DNA of 64,000 bases from an uncultured Gemmatimonadaceae bacterium (GTDB lineage: Bacteria; Gemmatimonadota; Gemmatimonadetes; Gemmatimonadales; Gemmatimonadaceae): the NCBI GenBank assembly GCA_963829055.1, contig CAWHHI010000017.1, positions 196,959 to 260,958 of the forward strand. The letters are read 5' to 3'. Shown here piece after piece: positions 21,126-30,627 of the stretch (position 1 is the stretch's first letter; each line of letters opens with the position of its first letter). A program made the translations under genes and the position numbers. The notes under the pieces were generated by a model. The model was not told the origin of the DNA, ran no database searches, and saw only the letters and a program-made list of their open reading frames with translations.

Positions 21126-24100
21126 TTCCTCCGGTGGCGCCATATACACGAGCGACGGATCAAACGCCCACAACGCCACGCCCACCGTCGGCAGCATCGA
21201 CTCGAACGTCATGTCGACCGCGCGATTCTTTCCCATCCCGCTGTGACTCTCGCGCAGATCCGTCACGAGATCACTCAACGAGTGGCCGCGCGCGAACGAC
21301 TCGGCGATCATTCGCGTGATGCGCGCATGCTGGTCCGGCTCACCGAGACCCACGCCTACCACCGCCACCGCCGTTCCCTGACGGAACAGATCGGCCGCGA
21401 AGCCGTTGCGCAGCAGCATCTGCAGCATCGCCTGCGTACGGCCGTGGCCGCGCGACGGGTCGAGCACCACGATCGGGCGATCCGGCCAGCGCGTCTGGCC
21501 CAGCGCCCGTGTCACGCCGCTTGGCGTCAGTGCGTCGCCGCGCACAGACGCGTTGTCACTCGAACCGGCAGCGCGCGCGTCCAGCACGATTCCGCCGAGC
21601 GACGCCGACTCGCGCAGCGGGGCGCGCACGTGAATGACCTCGGGGTGAAAGCTCCCGCACAGCTCGCGCAGCTCCGCCACCGCTACGCCCTCGCGCACCA
21701 TCGTGTCGAACCCTGCCTCCTCGTAGGCGCGCGCGACGCGGTCCGCGGCTGCTTCATCCTCGCCGCCAATCGAGCGCGCGAGCTCCGGCGCCGGCGCGAT
21801 CACGAGCGCGCGAAGCCGCTGGTCGCCGCGGTGCAACCGCCGCAGCCGATCGAACAGGAGGGCCGACGTCGGACCATCCGCGATCCCGCTTGGCGTTAGG
21901 CCCACGGACTTCTGGAATGCGGACACCGCCCCGCGGGTCTGCGGCCCCTCGATCCCGTCGGCAAAGATGCGCGTGCCGCCGATCGTCGAGAGCGCCCGCT
22001 GCACCCACGTCACGTGCGTACGGCGCGCGTCGGTCACGCGGACGCTCCGATAGAGCGTGCCGACACGCGGATCCAACGCCAGGAACCCGGGCTCCTCACC
22101 ACGATCCGGAAAGCATTCCAAAGGCAGCGTATCGAGCAGCGGCGAGTCGACCTCGAGGCGCACGTCCACCGGTGGCGCTGACGTATTGCCGCCCAGCGTC
22201 GTCTCCCATAACTCGCGCGTGCCCAGCAACGTGCCGAGGTCGCGGATCGCTCCGAACCACTCATCGGCGAGCAAGCGCGACACCTGGTACGGCACCGCCT
22301 GCGACCTCGCCGCTTCGAGATCGCTGCGCAGGTGATCGAGCGCCGGGTTGTGCGCGGTGCTCGTATCGAATGCGACCGTGCCGTGTTCGTCGTCGCCAGC
22401 CGGAACCTCGCAGCGCACGTTCGTGCCGTCCGCCATGAGCCGTACCGAGATCGGCGGCCGTTCGTCGCGAACGGTCAGCTCGACCGTCGACGGGCCACGC
22501 TGTTCACGCAGACGTTCGGCGGCATGCTGCTGACCTAACGCGTCGTACCGGGAGATCGCCTCGGCGAGGAAGTGCTGGCGATCGTCAGCGGTGGCGGCGA
22601 ACTGCGCGCGAAGATCATCGCACTGCGCCGACCAGAAGCTCGGCAGCTCGCCACGCGGAGACAGAAGGGGCGCCGCCGCCTCGGCCATCATGCGGGATTC
22701 CTCGCGCTTCCCTTCGCGAGCCAGATGTGCTGCCTCGCGAGACGCGACGATTCCGGCGAGCGTGCGGTACTCGCCGGGATTCGCGATGAGCGCACTCACC
22801 GCCGCGCGTGATTGTCGCTGCGTCTCCGGCACGCCCATCTCACACTCGAGCGAGTGCGCCAACGCGACAAGGGGTGCCGACGCACTCATCAGCGCGGCCG
22901 CCGACACGCTCGCCAGCCACTGCAGCGCGTCCGCTTCGAGGCCGAGCGCGAACGCGACGCGCGCCCGATCGAGCCGGGACCACGGTGACAGCGACCTGGC
23001 TGGCCCCAATACGGCATCGAACGTCACGCCGATGCGTTCCGCGACACTGCGGCCGACCTCGCCGATAGACGAGAGCGGAGCGAAGTCCGGAATCGCGCGC
23101 GAGATGCACAGCCGCGCCGCACCCGGCGGGGAGATACGCTCGACCGCGTTCGTCAGCAGCGTCGCGTAGCCCGCGGCATCCCTGGCCGCGGTGCCAGCCG
23201 AAGCAGCGTTAGGCTCGCTGCCGCTTCGGTCTTCCGATAGCGCCGCGATCGCGACGCCCACGTCGACGCGGGGAGTCCGCGCGGCGCCGGGCGGACAGGA
23301 CGTTCGCAGCCGGTTCGCGGCATCGACCGGTCGGCCGCGGGCGTCGTCGAGCCGCACCGCGGCCACTCGCAGCGCCGTCCAGGCATCGCCGCGCGGAGGA
23401 AGCGTTATGCGCTCAGCCTCGTTCAGGTGCTGTTCGGCCATCTTGAGATCGCCAACGCGATAGATCAACAGCAACACTTTGCGGTGAAGGTCGGCCGCGC
23501 TCTGCTCGACGCGCTTGATGCGTTGCGCCCAGATCTGCCGCGACGTTTCCAGCTCGTCGAGCGCTGCGCCGTGGCGTCCCATCGTCGCCAGCACGGCTCC
23601 CCGCGCGCTCCGCGCCGTGCCCTCGGCCACGATCGCCAGCATCTCGAATCCGGGGCGCGCCAGCTGCAGTGTGCCCAGCTGAGTCGCCGTCGCGAGCGCC
23701 GCGTCCACCATTCCGAGCGCCTCGGCCACTTCCCCGCGCGCCAGCATCGCGCGCGCTTCCAGCACCTCGATCTCGGCACGTGCGCCGAGCCATCCAGCGC
23801 GTTCCTCGGCGGGCGCAGTGGCGGGTAGCGCTGCCAGCGCCGCCTGACATTCGCCGCGCGCATTCCTCACGGCGCCAAGTGCCTGACGCGGCTCGTCGCT
23901 GCCGAGCCAGGCTTCCGCGAGCCGCGCCGTCGCGTAACAGCGTTCCATGGAGCCGCGCGGCATGCGCCCACGCACGAGCAGCAGCTGTTCGGCAGCCAGG
24001 TCGTACCGGTCGTGCAGCATGCAATGCGCGGCCAGTAACTGCCGCAATTCCAGCAGCTGTCGCGGCGCAACATCCGTGTCCACCTCGGCGAGCTTCACCG

Positions 24101-26720
24101 CTTCGGTGAGGTGGTCGATCGCCGCTGGCTCCTCGCGCGTCGCGAAGACGCCCCCGAGCGCGATCGCCAGCTGCAGGCGGTCCGCCGGTGACGTCATCGA
24201 GGGACGGATGCGCTCGAGTCGCCGGAGCGCGTCGTCGGCCCTGCCGTATCGCGCGTCGATCTGCGCGCGCAGTACGTCGAGCGTGCCGCGATTCACGTGC
24301 GCGCCCTCACCGCGGCGGACGAGTGCCTCGAGATCCTCGAGCGCGCGCTCGCCCTCCGCCCACCAGTCGACGTCACCGCTGCCGCCACTCGACGCGCCGA
24401 GCTGGATCGCGGCGCGCGCCTTCGCGATCAGCGCGTCGCACAGCAGCGCCGGCGCAATGATCGGCGTGCCATCGTCCCGGAGAATTGGACGGCGATCGTC
24501 GTCGAGGTACTCGGGCTGCGTGGGCTCGGTAGCCACCTCGAACGCGAGGCGCACATCGGTCTTCGTCATGGCGCGACGGAGCGAGCGGCGCCACGCACGC
24601 TCCGCTTCCGGACCGCCGAGCTGGAAGCGGTGGAACAGCATCGCGCGCGTGGCGCGTACCCAGCGCTCGTTGTCGACTCGTTCGACGGCCCGTGCGACAC
24701 TCGCGTAGTACGTCGCCGCGCGCTGTTGCAGGCGGCGGAACACCGGCTGGCGCTGCAGCTCGCGACGCATCGGGCGCACCGCGTCTTCGTGGAAGACGAC
24801 GGTATCGCGGTCGGCGTCCGCGCGTACGAACGACAGGGTGCTCGCGTAGCCCTCGAGGCGAGACCAGAGGTCATCCACTTCCAGCGCGACGGCGCCCGCA
24901 CTCGCCTCGCCAGGCGCGACGTAGTAGGGATGCAATCCAGTGGCGTCGAGACGTGGATCGTCTCGCTGCGACGTGCCACCTAACGCCGCGTGGAGCTCCG
25001 GCAGCAGCACATCGCGCAGGAAGCTCTTCGTCAGCTGACGCGGCACCACGCCGTAGCGCAGGAGCCAGCATAACGCCTGGTCCGATGCTTCGATCCGGCG
25101 CAGTACGCGATTGACGAGATACTCGAGCTCCGGATTCGGCGATGCCCGCACCTGCTCGGCCGTCATCTCGCCCCCGATCTGCCATTCGTCGGCATACAGG
25201 GAGAGCGCGAACGGCAGCCCGCGCGAGCACTCCGCCATGGCGCGCACCGCGTCGCCGTCGGGGAGGCCACGAATGTCCACGAGATAGCGCACGCTCTCGT
25301 CGGGCTCGAAGCGCTGGATCCGGACGGACCGCGTGACATCGCCGAACTCGGTGCCGAATCCCTTCAGCTTCGTATCGTCCCGCAGATCGAATCGGCCGGC
25401 GAGGACCAACCGCAGATTCGGGTACGCGTCGTGGACGCTCGACAGACACGCGATGACCGACATCAGGTTCGTGGTGCGCCGGCGGATGACATCCTCGAGC
25501 GTGTCGAGCACGACGACGACTGCACCGCCGACGGTATCCCGCAGCGTATCCGCGAAGTCTTCGGTGACCTGTCGCGCCAGGCGCTGCTCGCCGGTGACGT
25601 CGAGAATCTCTCCCGTGTGCTGCGCGCGTCCCTCGACGACCAGGTCTCGCGCGATGGACACGTACTCATCGTACCGCTCGATGAACCCGGAGAGCGGACG
25701 GCCGGCGATCTGCGCGTTGAGCTGCTCGGCGAGGCGGACCAACAGCAGCCATGGCGCTTCGGGGAGTACCGTCGGATCCGTGAAGTCGAAGTCGATGCGC
25801 GCGTACGGCACGCGATTCGGTACGCACTTCCGCGCGGCAAGCCACTGCAGGAAGATCGTCTTCCCCATCCCGCCCTGCGCGGTGAGGTCGATGATCCACT
25901 CGCGGTCCACGGTGTTCACCGACGCGGCCGACGTCGTGTTGATCCCTTGAATGCGGGCCCATTCGTCGCGCATGAACTGCCGTTCGAGCGCATGCGCGCT
26001 CTTCGCCAGATCGCCCGCGAACGCACAGCGCGCCTCGTAGTACTGCTGCAACGAGTCGTGCATCTCGACCAGCCGCGTGATGGCCAGGCGACGGTCCGCC
26101 GCCTGGCCGCGCTGATCACGATGGCGCAACAGCAGCGCGCGCTGCCCGCCGATGATCTGCAGCACGCGGTAGCAGCGCGCCACGTTGAACTCGGCGTCCG
26201 CCTCGCGATACAGCTCGTTCAGCCGCTCGGCGGCTGCCGCCGGATCAGCCAGGGCGAGCTGGTAGAGGTGCTCGATGCGCCAACCGACGCGAACCGCCTT
26301 CCCCGGCGGCGCGAGGTAGTCTACGATCGCGCGACTCAGGGCGACGCCGTCGAGGACGTCCGAATACGCAGGTGCTTTGTCGTTAGGCGCGAACCATCGC
26401 TCCAACCGGGCCGCGCGCGCATCGGCGCGCATGCGGTACACGGGCTCGCTGCCACCAACGCGCTCGATATCGTTGTGCGCAGTGAGCCACGCGATGTCGG
26501 CGTCCGCGTCGGGCGTCGCGTCGCCAGCCGACGGCAGCTGGGCCAGCAGGACCGTGCGGGCCATCCCCTCATCGAAGATCACCGGAATCGCCGCGCGTCG
26601 CAGCAGCATGTGGCGCCGCTCCGGCACGAGCGTCTCGGCCACCTCGCGCAGGCTGCCGAGATGATCGGCTTTCGCGAGGAGCGCGCGGAGCGCGGTGAGC
26701 GATTCCTGGCTGGTCGCCAC
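21108..26720 (-). CDS. 1870-aa STAND-like NTPase with TPR-like helical repeats and a degenerate CHAT domain carrying a peptidoglycan-binding insert
   Basis: Walker A AQGGMGKT, Walker B VVVLDTLE, LVLAGR, GLPFAL; PG_binding_1-like WVQRAL...ADGIEGPQTRGAVSAFQKSVGLTPSGIADG; CHAT-like VRLEVD..L..LPLE and PEVIHV. Confidence 0.78.
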   Translation of the reverse strand: MATSQESLTALRALLAKADHLGSLREVAETLVPERRHMLLRRAAIPVIFDEGMARTVLLAQLPSAGDATPDADADIAWLTAHNDIERVGGSEPVYRMRADARAARLERWFAPNDKAPAYSDVLDGVALSRAIVDYLAPPGKAVRVGWRIEHLYQLALADPAAAAERLNELYREADAEFNVARCYRVLQIIGGQRALLLRHRDQRGQAADRRLAITRLVEMHDSLQQYYEARCAFAGDLAKSAHALERQFMRDEWARIQGINTTSAASVNTVDREWIIDLTAQGGMGKTIFLQWLAARKCVPNRVPYARIDFDFTDPTVLPEAPWLLLVRLAEQLNAQIAGRPLSGFIERYDEYVSIARDLVVEGRAQHTGEILDVTGEQRLARQVTEDFADTLRDTVGGAVVVVLDTLEDVIRRRTTNLMSVIACLSSVHDAYPNLRLVLAGRFDLRDDTKLKGFGTEFGDVTRSVRIQRFEPDESVRYLVDIRGLPDGDAVRAMAECSRGLPFALSLYADEWQIGGEMTAEQVRASPNPELEYLVNRVLRRIEASDQALCWLLRYGVVPRQLTKSFLRDVLLPELHAALGGTSQRDDPRLDATGLHPYYVAPGEASAGAVALEVDDLWSRLEGYASTLSFVRADADRDTVVFHEDAVRPMRRELQRQPVFRRLQQRAATYYASVARAVERVDNERWVRATRAMLFHRFQLGGPEAERAWRRSLRRAMTKTDVRLAFEVATEPTQPEYLDDDRRPILRDDGTPIIAPALLCDALIAKARAAIQLGASSGGSGDVDWWAEGERALEDLEALVRRGEGAHVNRGTLDVLRAQIDARYGRADDALRRLERIRPSMTSPADRLQLAIALGGVFATREEPAAIDHLTEAVKLAEVDTDVAPRQLLELRQLLAAHCMLHDRYDLAAEQLLLVRGRMPRGSMERCYATARLAEAWLGSDEPRQALGAVRNARGECQAALAALPATAPAEERAGWLGARAEIEVLEARAMLARGEVAEALGMVDAALATATQLGTLQLARPGFEMLAIVAEGTARSARGAVLATMGRHGAALDELETSRQIWAQRIKRVEQSAADLHRKVLLLIYRVGDLKMAEQHLNEAERITLPPRGDAWTALRVAAVRLDDARGRPVDAANRLRTSCPPGAARTPRVDVGVAIAALSEDRSGSEPNAASAGTAARDAAGYATLLTNAVERISPPGAARLCISRAIPDFAPLSSIGEVGRSVAERIGVTFDAVLGPARSLSPWSRLDRARVAFALGLEADALQWLASVSAAALMSASAPLVALAHSLECEMGVPETQRQSRAAVSALIANPGEYRTLAGIVASREAAHLAREGKREESRMMAEAAAPLLSPRGELPSFWSAQCDDLRAQFAATADDRQHFLAEAISRYDALGQQHAAERLREQRGPSTVELTVRDERPPISVRLMADGTNVRCEVPAGDDEHGTVAFDTSTAHNPALDHLRSDLEAARSQAVPYQVSRLLADEWFGAIRDLGTLLGTRELWETTLGGNTSAPPVDVRLEVDSPLLDTLPLECFPDRGEEPGFLALDPRVGTLYRSVRVTDARRTHVTWVQRALSTIGGTRIFADGIEGPQTRGAVSAFQKSVGLTPSGIADGPTSALLFDRLRRLHRGDQRLRALVIAPAPELARSIGGEDEAAADRVARAYEEAGFDTMVREGVAVAELRELCGSFHPEVIHVRAPLRESASLGGIVLDARAAGSSDNASVRGDALTPSGVTRALGQTRWPDRPIVVLDPSRGHGRTQAMLQMLLRNGFAADLFRQGTAVAVVGVGLGEPDQHARITRMIAESFARGHSLSDLVTDLRESHSGMGKNRAVDMTFESMLPTVGVALWAFDPSLVYMAPPEEGGRRP

Positions 26721-26723
26721 GAC

Positions 26724-28901
26724 CTATTTCACCTGCCCCATGAACGTGACCATGGCGTCCAGCTCGTCGCGACCCCAGCGCGCATCGGGCGACGCGTTGC
26801 GCAGCTTCTGGCTCTTCCACTCGATGAGCGGCTCGGCCAGCGCGCGGTCGAGTCCGCGGTCCACCGTGAACTCGCGGGCCAGGAGCTCCCAGTCGGCCGG
26901 CACGAACCACTGCAGCTCGCAGTCGGTGCCTAACGCCGCAAGGTCCGACAGGCCGAGCGCCTTGAGCTGCGACGCGCCGGCAGTGAGAATGAGCCGGACG
27001 TTCTTGATGTCGCCGTTCGCGATCGGGTCGATCAGCTCGCGACGCAGATCGCCGCCGGGCCGCAGCTCTTCCGGCACGATGCCCACGCCCGACAGGTCGG
27101 CGATGTGATCGAGTACGATGACGACGAGCCGATTGGCCGCGAGCTTTCGGAGGCATTGGCGAAAAAGCTCGCCGGCCTGCTTGAGCGTATCCTGATGCGC
27201 GACGCCGAGCTTGAAGTCGATGCCGTCGTCGCGCTCGGGACCGGGCGTGAGTGGCACGACCTTCCCGCGCAACAGGTGATAGAGCGCGGCGTTGAACGGG
27301 TCGAACTGCTGGTAGAGGTTCGGACGCAGCACGCCCGCGGGCTCGTTCTCCGTACCGCGAATGAGGCGGAAGACGTCGATCGCGTTGAAGCTCCGGCGCT
27401 GATCCTTGAAGCTGATGTTCACGACGAGATGACCGCGCAGCAGGCACCCCTCGAGGCACCGCCACACGAGCCACGTCTTCCCCACCTGTGACTCACCGAG
27501 CACCATGAGCAGCTTGCTGGTTTGCGGTACCGTCGCGCGGGCTTCGGCGCCCTGACGGAGTCGGCGGCGCTCGTCGCGACGACCCACGAACCCCTCGACG
27601 ATCTTGAGCGATGGGTCCGACACGATCTGGCGTTTGATGGCGAGCGGCGAATCTTCCTCCATGGGCAGTACGCGCTCGGGAAGTGTGCGCAGCACGACGG
27701 TGGGCAGCGCCCAGTCGCGCTCGTCGTCGGGCGCGGCCGTGAGCATTCGCCGTCGCCCTTCGACGACTGCCGAGTCGATGGTCATGCCGCGCGTGAGCGC
27801 CGCGTACAACCCGGCGGCGAAGCGCGCCGCTGCGTCACCACGCACGTCGCCCTGCATGCCGATGACCCCCGCGACCTCGGCGTCGACGAGCGCGTCGGCG
27901 ACTGCCCAGGTGCCTTCGAGGTCGGAGAGATTCGCCGTGCGACAGGCGTTGATGATCGCGAGCCGAGGCGGCGCGGGCGCGAGCCAGCCGTAGAGCTCTT
28001 TCGTCGTCAGCAGCTCGTTCTCGAGCACCGTCGGACGCGCGTCGAACAGCTTGAGCGCGGCTTTCTGCGTTGCGTCACCAGGCACGCCGTGCCCGAGGAA
28101 GTGCAGGACGTGCGGCTGGAACTCGGTGAGCCGCTGCTCGAGTGCTTCCTTCGGGCCGACGTCGCGGTCCTTGATGCGCTTCGGGAGCCGGCACTCGAAG
28201 AACTCGACATCGATCTTGTGCCACAGGAGATCGATCGTGTCGCCGCCCACACCCGGCTCGCGCCGGAGCTGACTCACCGACTCGAGGAGCGCCCACAGCT
28301 CCTCACGCCAGTCGATCGCCTTGTCGTCCTCGCTGCATCCGATCACGACGAGCACCCGGAACGGCCACTGCAGCGGCGCCGCTTCGGCCAGCGGCTGCTG
28401 GCTGGCCTGCCACCTAACGAGCGGCCACCACGCTTGCTGCGCGAGCGAGTTCTTGCCCGTGCGGATCAGTTCCCATGGTAGCAGGCGCAGTTCCGGAGCC
28501 CGGACGTCGAGCAGCATTCGCAGTGCGGGACGCTTCTCCTGCTCCGACTGCACGCGACCGGCCCACGCCGTGTCGCGCTCCTGCTTCCAGAGCGGCGCCA
28601 CGCCTGGGCGGTTGAGGACATTGAACAACAACGTCCCAACGCGCTCGAGGAGATCGGTGCCCGCCGTTGGACCGAGCAGGTAGTCGCGGGCAAGAAGCGC
28701 CTGGAGCGGCTCGTTCGTGGCTGGATGCAGCGGCGCGTTGGCGACTGCGAGGTCGGACGGAATGATGTCCGACGCCGTCGGCGCGGAGCCGTCCGTCAAC
28801 TGTCGAACGACTTCCGCGTCATCGCCGACGAAGAGCGAGAGCGGGTATCCATCGACACCACCCTCGCCCTTCGTCCCGATGCGGAACGCAATGCTTCTCA
28901 T
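26724..28901 (-). CDS. CHAT protease fused to a P-loop (STAND/AAA_16-like) NTPase
   Basis: LLPWEL, HVLHFLGHG, IINAC (His-Cys dyad), VIGMQ, DWALP; then FVGRRDE, GESQVGKT, VIVLD; ATG 28901 follows GGTGAGG. Confidence 0.85.
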   Translation of the reverse strand: MRSIAFRIGTKGEGGVDGYPLSLFVGDDAEVVRQLTDGSAPTASDIIPSDLAVANAPLHPATNEPLQALLARDYLLGPTAGTDLLERVGTLLFNVLNRPGVAPLWKQERDTAWAGRVQSEQEKRPALRMLLDVRAPELRLLPWELIRTGKNSLAQQAWWPLVRWQASQQPLAEAAPLQWPFRVLVVIGCSEDDKAIDWREELWALLESVSQLRREPGVGGDTIDLLWHKIDVEFFECRLPKRIKDRDVGPKEALEQRLTEFQPHVLHFLGHGVPGDATQKAALKLFDARPTVLENELLTTKELYGWLAPAPPRLAIINACRTANLSDLEGTWAVADALVDAEVAGVIGMQGDVRGDAAARFAAGLYAALTRGMTIDSAVVEGRRRMLTAAPDDERDWALPTVVLRTLPERVLPMEEDSPLAIKRQIVSDPSLKIVEGFVGRRDERRRLRQGAEARATVPQTSKLLMVLGESQVGKTWLVWRCLEGCLLRGHLVVNISFKDQRRSFNAIDVFRLIRGTENEPAGVLRPNLYQQFDPFNAALYHLLRGKVVPLTPGPERDDGIDFKLGVAHQDTLKQAGELFRQCLRKLAANRLVVIVLDHIADLSGVGIVPEELRPGGDLRRELIDPIANGDIKNVRLILTAGASQLKALGLSDLAALGTDCELQWFVPADWELLAREFTVDRGLDRALAEPLIEWKSQKLRNASPDARWGRDELDAMVTFMGQVK

Positions 28902-28959
28902 CCCCTCACCATTCTCTTCTGCTTCGAACGTCCGACCTGCGTCCTGCGTGTGCCGCCTG

Positions 28960-30543
28960 TCATGCAACTCCGTGCGCAACTCCGGCGGCAGCCGGCGAGC
29001 CCATCGCCACGACCGCCGCGTCGTTCGACAGCCACTCCTTCATCTTCCGGCGCGCGTCGGGGCTCGCGAAATACGTCGTGTGCACCACGCCGGCCGACGC
29101 GGGAATCTCCAGCCGGGATACCGCCTCGATCGGGAACGACGGGCTGCCGTTAGGCGCGAACACGCCCTCGGTCGGGACGACGAGATCGTTCGCCGCCTTC
29201 TCGAAGATCCTGTCCATCAGCGCGTCCTTGATGAGCGTCGTCAGCGGCGCCGTGGTCTCCTGCGCCGACGCGTCGAAGTTCGCCGTGATGGCGTAGTACG
29301 TCGCGCCGGCCTTCTGCCCACCGGCCAGTCCTTTCAGGTACTTGCCGTCGGGGCACATGGACGCGAGGCCGTCGAGCGACGTGAGCCCACCGTGGCCGAT
29401 GACTTTCACCACGACGATGAGCGAGTCGAGCAGCTCCGAGACGATGCCGGTCGGAATGAGATTCGATATCGTCGTCAGGCGGTCGATCATGTCCATCATG
29501 TGCTCCGGCTGCGCGAGAATCGTCCCCGCGTTCGCCGCGCCCACGAACACCACTCGGCCGACGTTGAGACGGTCGGGCGTCAGGCCATACAGCGCGCCTC
29601 GCTCCGCGATCTCCCGCGCGACGAGCCCACCGCGACTGTGGCAGATGATGTCGACGTCGAGCTTCACGCCCTGTGGAATGAGCGCCGAGAGCTCCTTCGC
29701 GTTGCGCGCCGGATCATGCGCGAGCGAGAAGTGGTTGAACGCGAACACGCGCCCGCCGTACGCCGCGTTCAGGTCCTCGACGTCCTTGCGGTCGAGACCC
29801 GAGAATGCGCCGTGCGCCGTACTGAACGTGCCGTGCACGAGGAGAAGGGCACGCCCGGATGCGAGGCGCTTCCAGTCATCCGCCGTGAGGCCCGGCGCGC
29901 CAGGCGTCGCATAGTTGTCCGGCGTCATGAGACGCAGCCCGTACGGGTGCTTCTTCGCTTCCCACTTGGCCGCGAACGTGTCGACCGCCTTCCCGATCAG
30001 GATATCGGTCACGGGATAGACGAGCACTTTGAGCAGCTTCTTTCCGACCATGCCCACGAGCCCGCGTGTCGTGGCCTGCTCGCCCGTCGGAGTCGGCGCG
30101 ACGGCGCGCGGGATACGGAAGCGCTTCACGTCGCCCGTACCGCGAGTCGTGGGCGTCGCGATCTTGTTGTCATCGGTGAGCGGCAGGTGCCAGCGCATAA
30201 TGCCGCCCTCACCAATCTCGAGCACGATGTGGTCCCACTCCGGACCAGTGTCCGGCACCTCGAGCATGAGCGCGTCGTCACCGCCGGGCGCACGAAGATC
30301 CGCCGCTGGTCCAGCCGTGGGCGTCTCGACGGCATCGATCTCGACGCTTATCGCTTCCGACATGTCGTTCGCGGCCAGCGCATCATCGAGCGCCGCCGTC
30401 TCCTGGCCCGGCGTGCCAGCGCGCATTCCCGGCTGACGCGCTTCGTGCGTGCGGCCCTGGCCGACGAGCCCGGGCGCAATGAGCCGGAAGCCGAGCCCGA
30501 GGTCGATCGGGGCGGCGCTACCATCAAGTGGAAAATCTCCCAT
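28960..30543 (-). CDS. Lipase-like alpha/beta hydrolase with an extra N-terminal domain
   Basis: LLVHGTFS, CHSRGG nucleophile elbow, NDLVVP, VHTTYF; GGAGG RBS; no signal peptide. Confidence 0.82.
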   Translation of the reverse strand: MGDFPLDGSAAPIDLGLGFRLIAPGLVGQGRTHEARQPGMRAGTPGQETAALDDALAANDMSEAISVEIDAVETPTAGPAADLRAPGGDDALMLEVPDTGPEWDHIVLEIGEGGIMRWHLPLTDDNKIATPTTRGTGDVKRFRIPRAVAPTPTGEQATTRGLVGMVGKKLLKVLVYPVTDILIGKAVDTFAAKWEAKKHPYGLRLMTPDNYATPGAPGLTADDWKRLASGRALLLVHGTFSTAHGAFSGLDRKDVEDLNAAYGGRVFAFNHFSLAHDPARNAKELSALIPQGVKLDVDIICHSRGGLVAREIAERGALYGLTPDRLNVGRVVFVGAANAGTILAQPEHMMDMIDRLTTISNLIPTGIVSELLDSLIVVVKVIGHGGLTSLDGLASMCPDGKYLKGLAGGQKAGATYYAITANFDASAQETTAPLTTLIKDALMDRIFEKAANDLVVPTEGVFAPNGSPSFPIEAVSRLEIPASAGVVHTTYFASPDARRKMKEWLSNDAAVVAMGSPAAAGVAHGVA

Positions 30544-30627
30544 CGGTGCCTCCAGCGCGGCGGTTGCCGCTTGCGTCGTTAGGTCCTGTCAGGTCCTGCC
30601 GGGTGCTGCATCGTCAGGTCACGCGGG

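Noticed and set aside
26724..26726. Genome-wide TAG recoding to explain the in-frame stop
   Set aside because: TAG terminates many ordinary genes here at expected positions (e.g. 12527, 33811, 54755).
25431..26933. 500-aa plus-strand ORF
   Set aside because: Antisense shadow of the STAND gene.
28717..30582. 621-aa plus-strand ORF
   Set aside because: Arg-rich antisense shadow of the lipase gene, typical of high-GC DNA.
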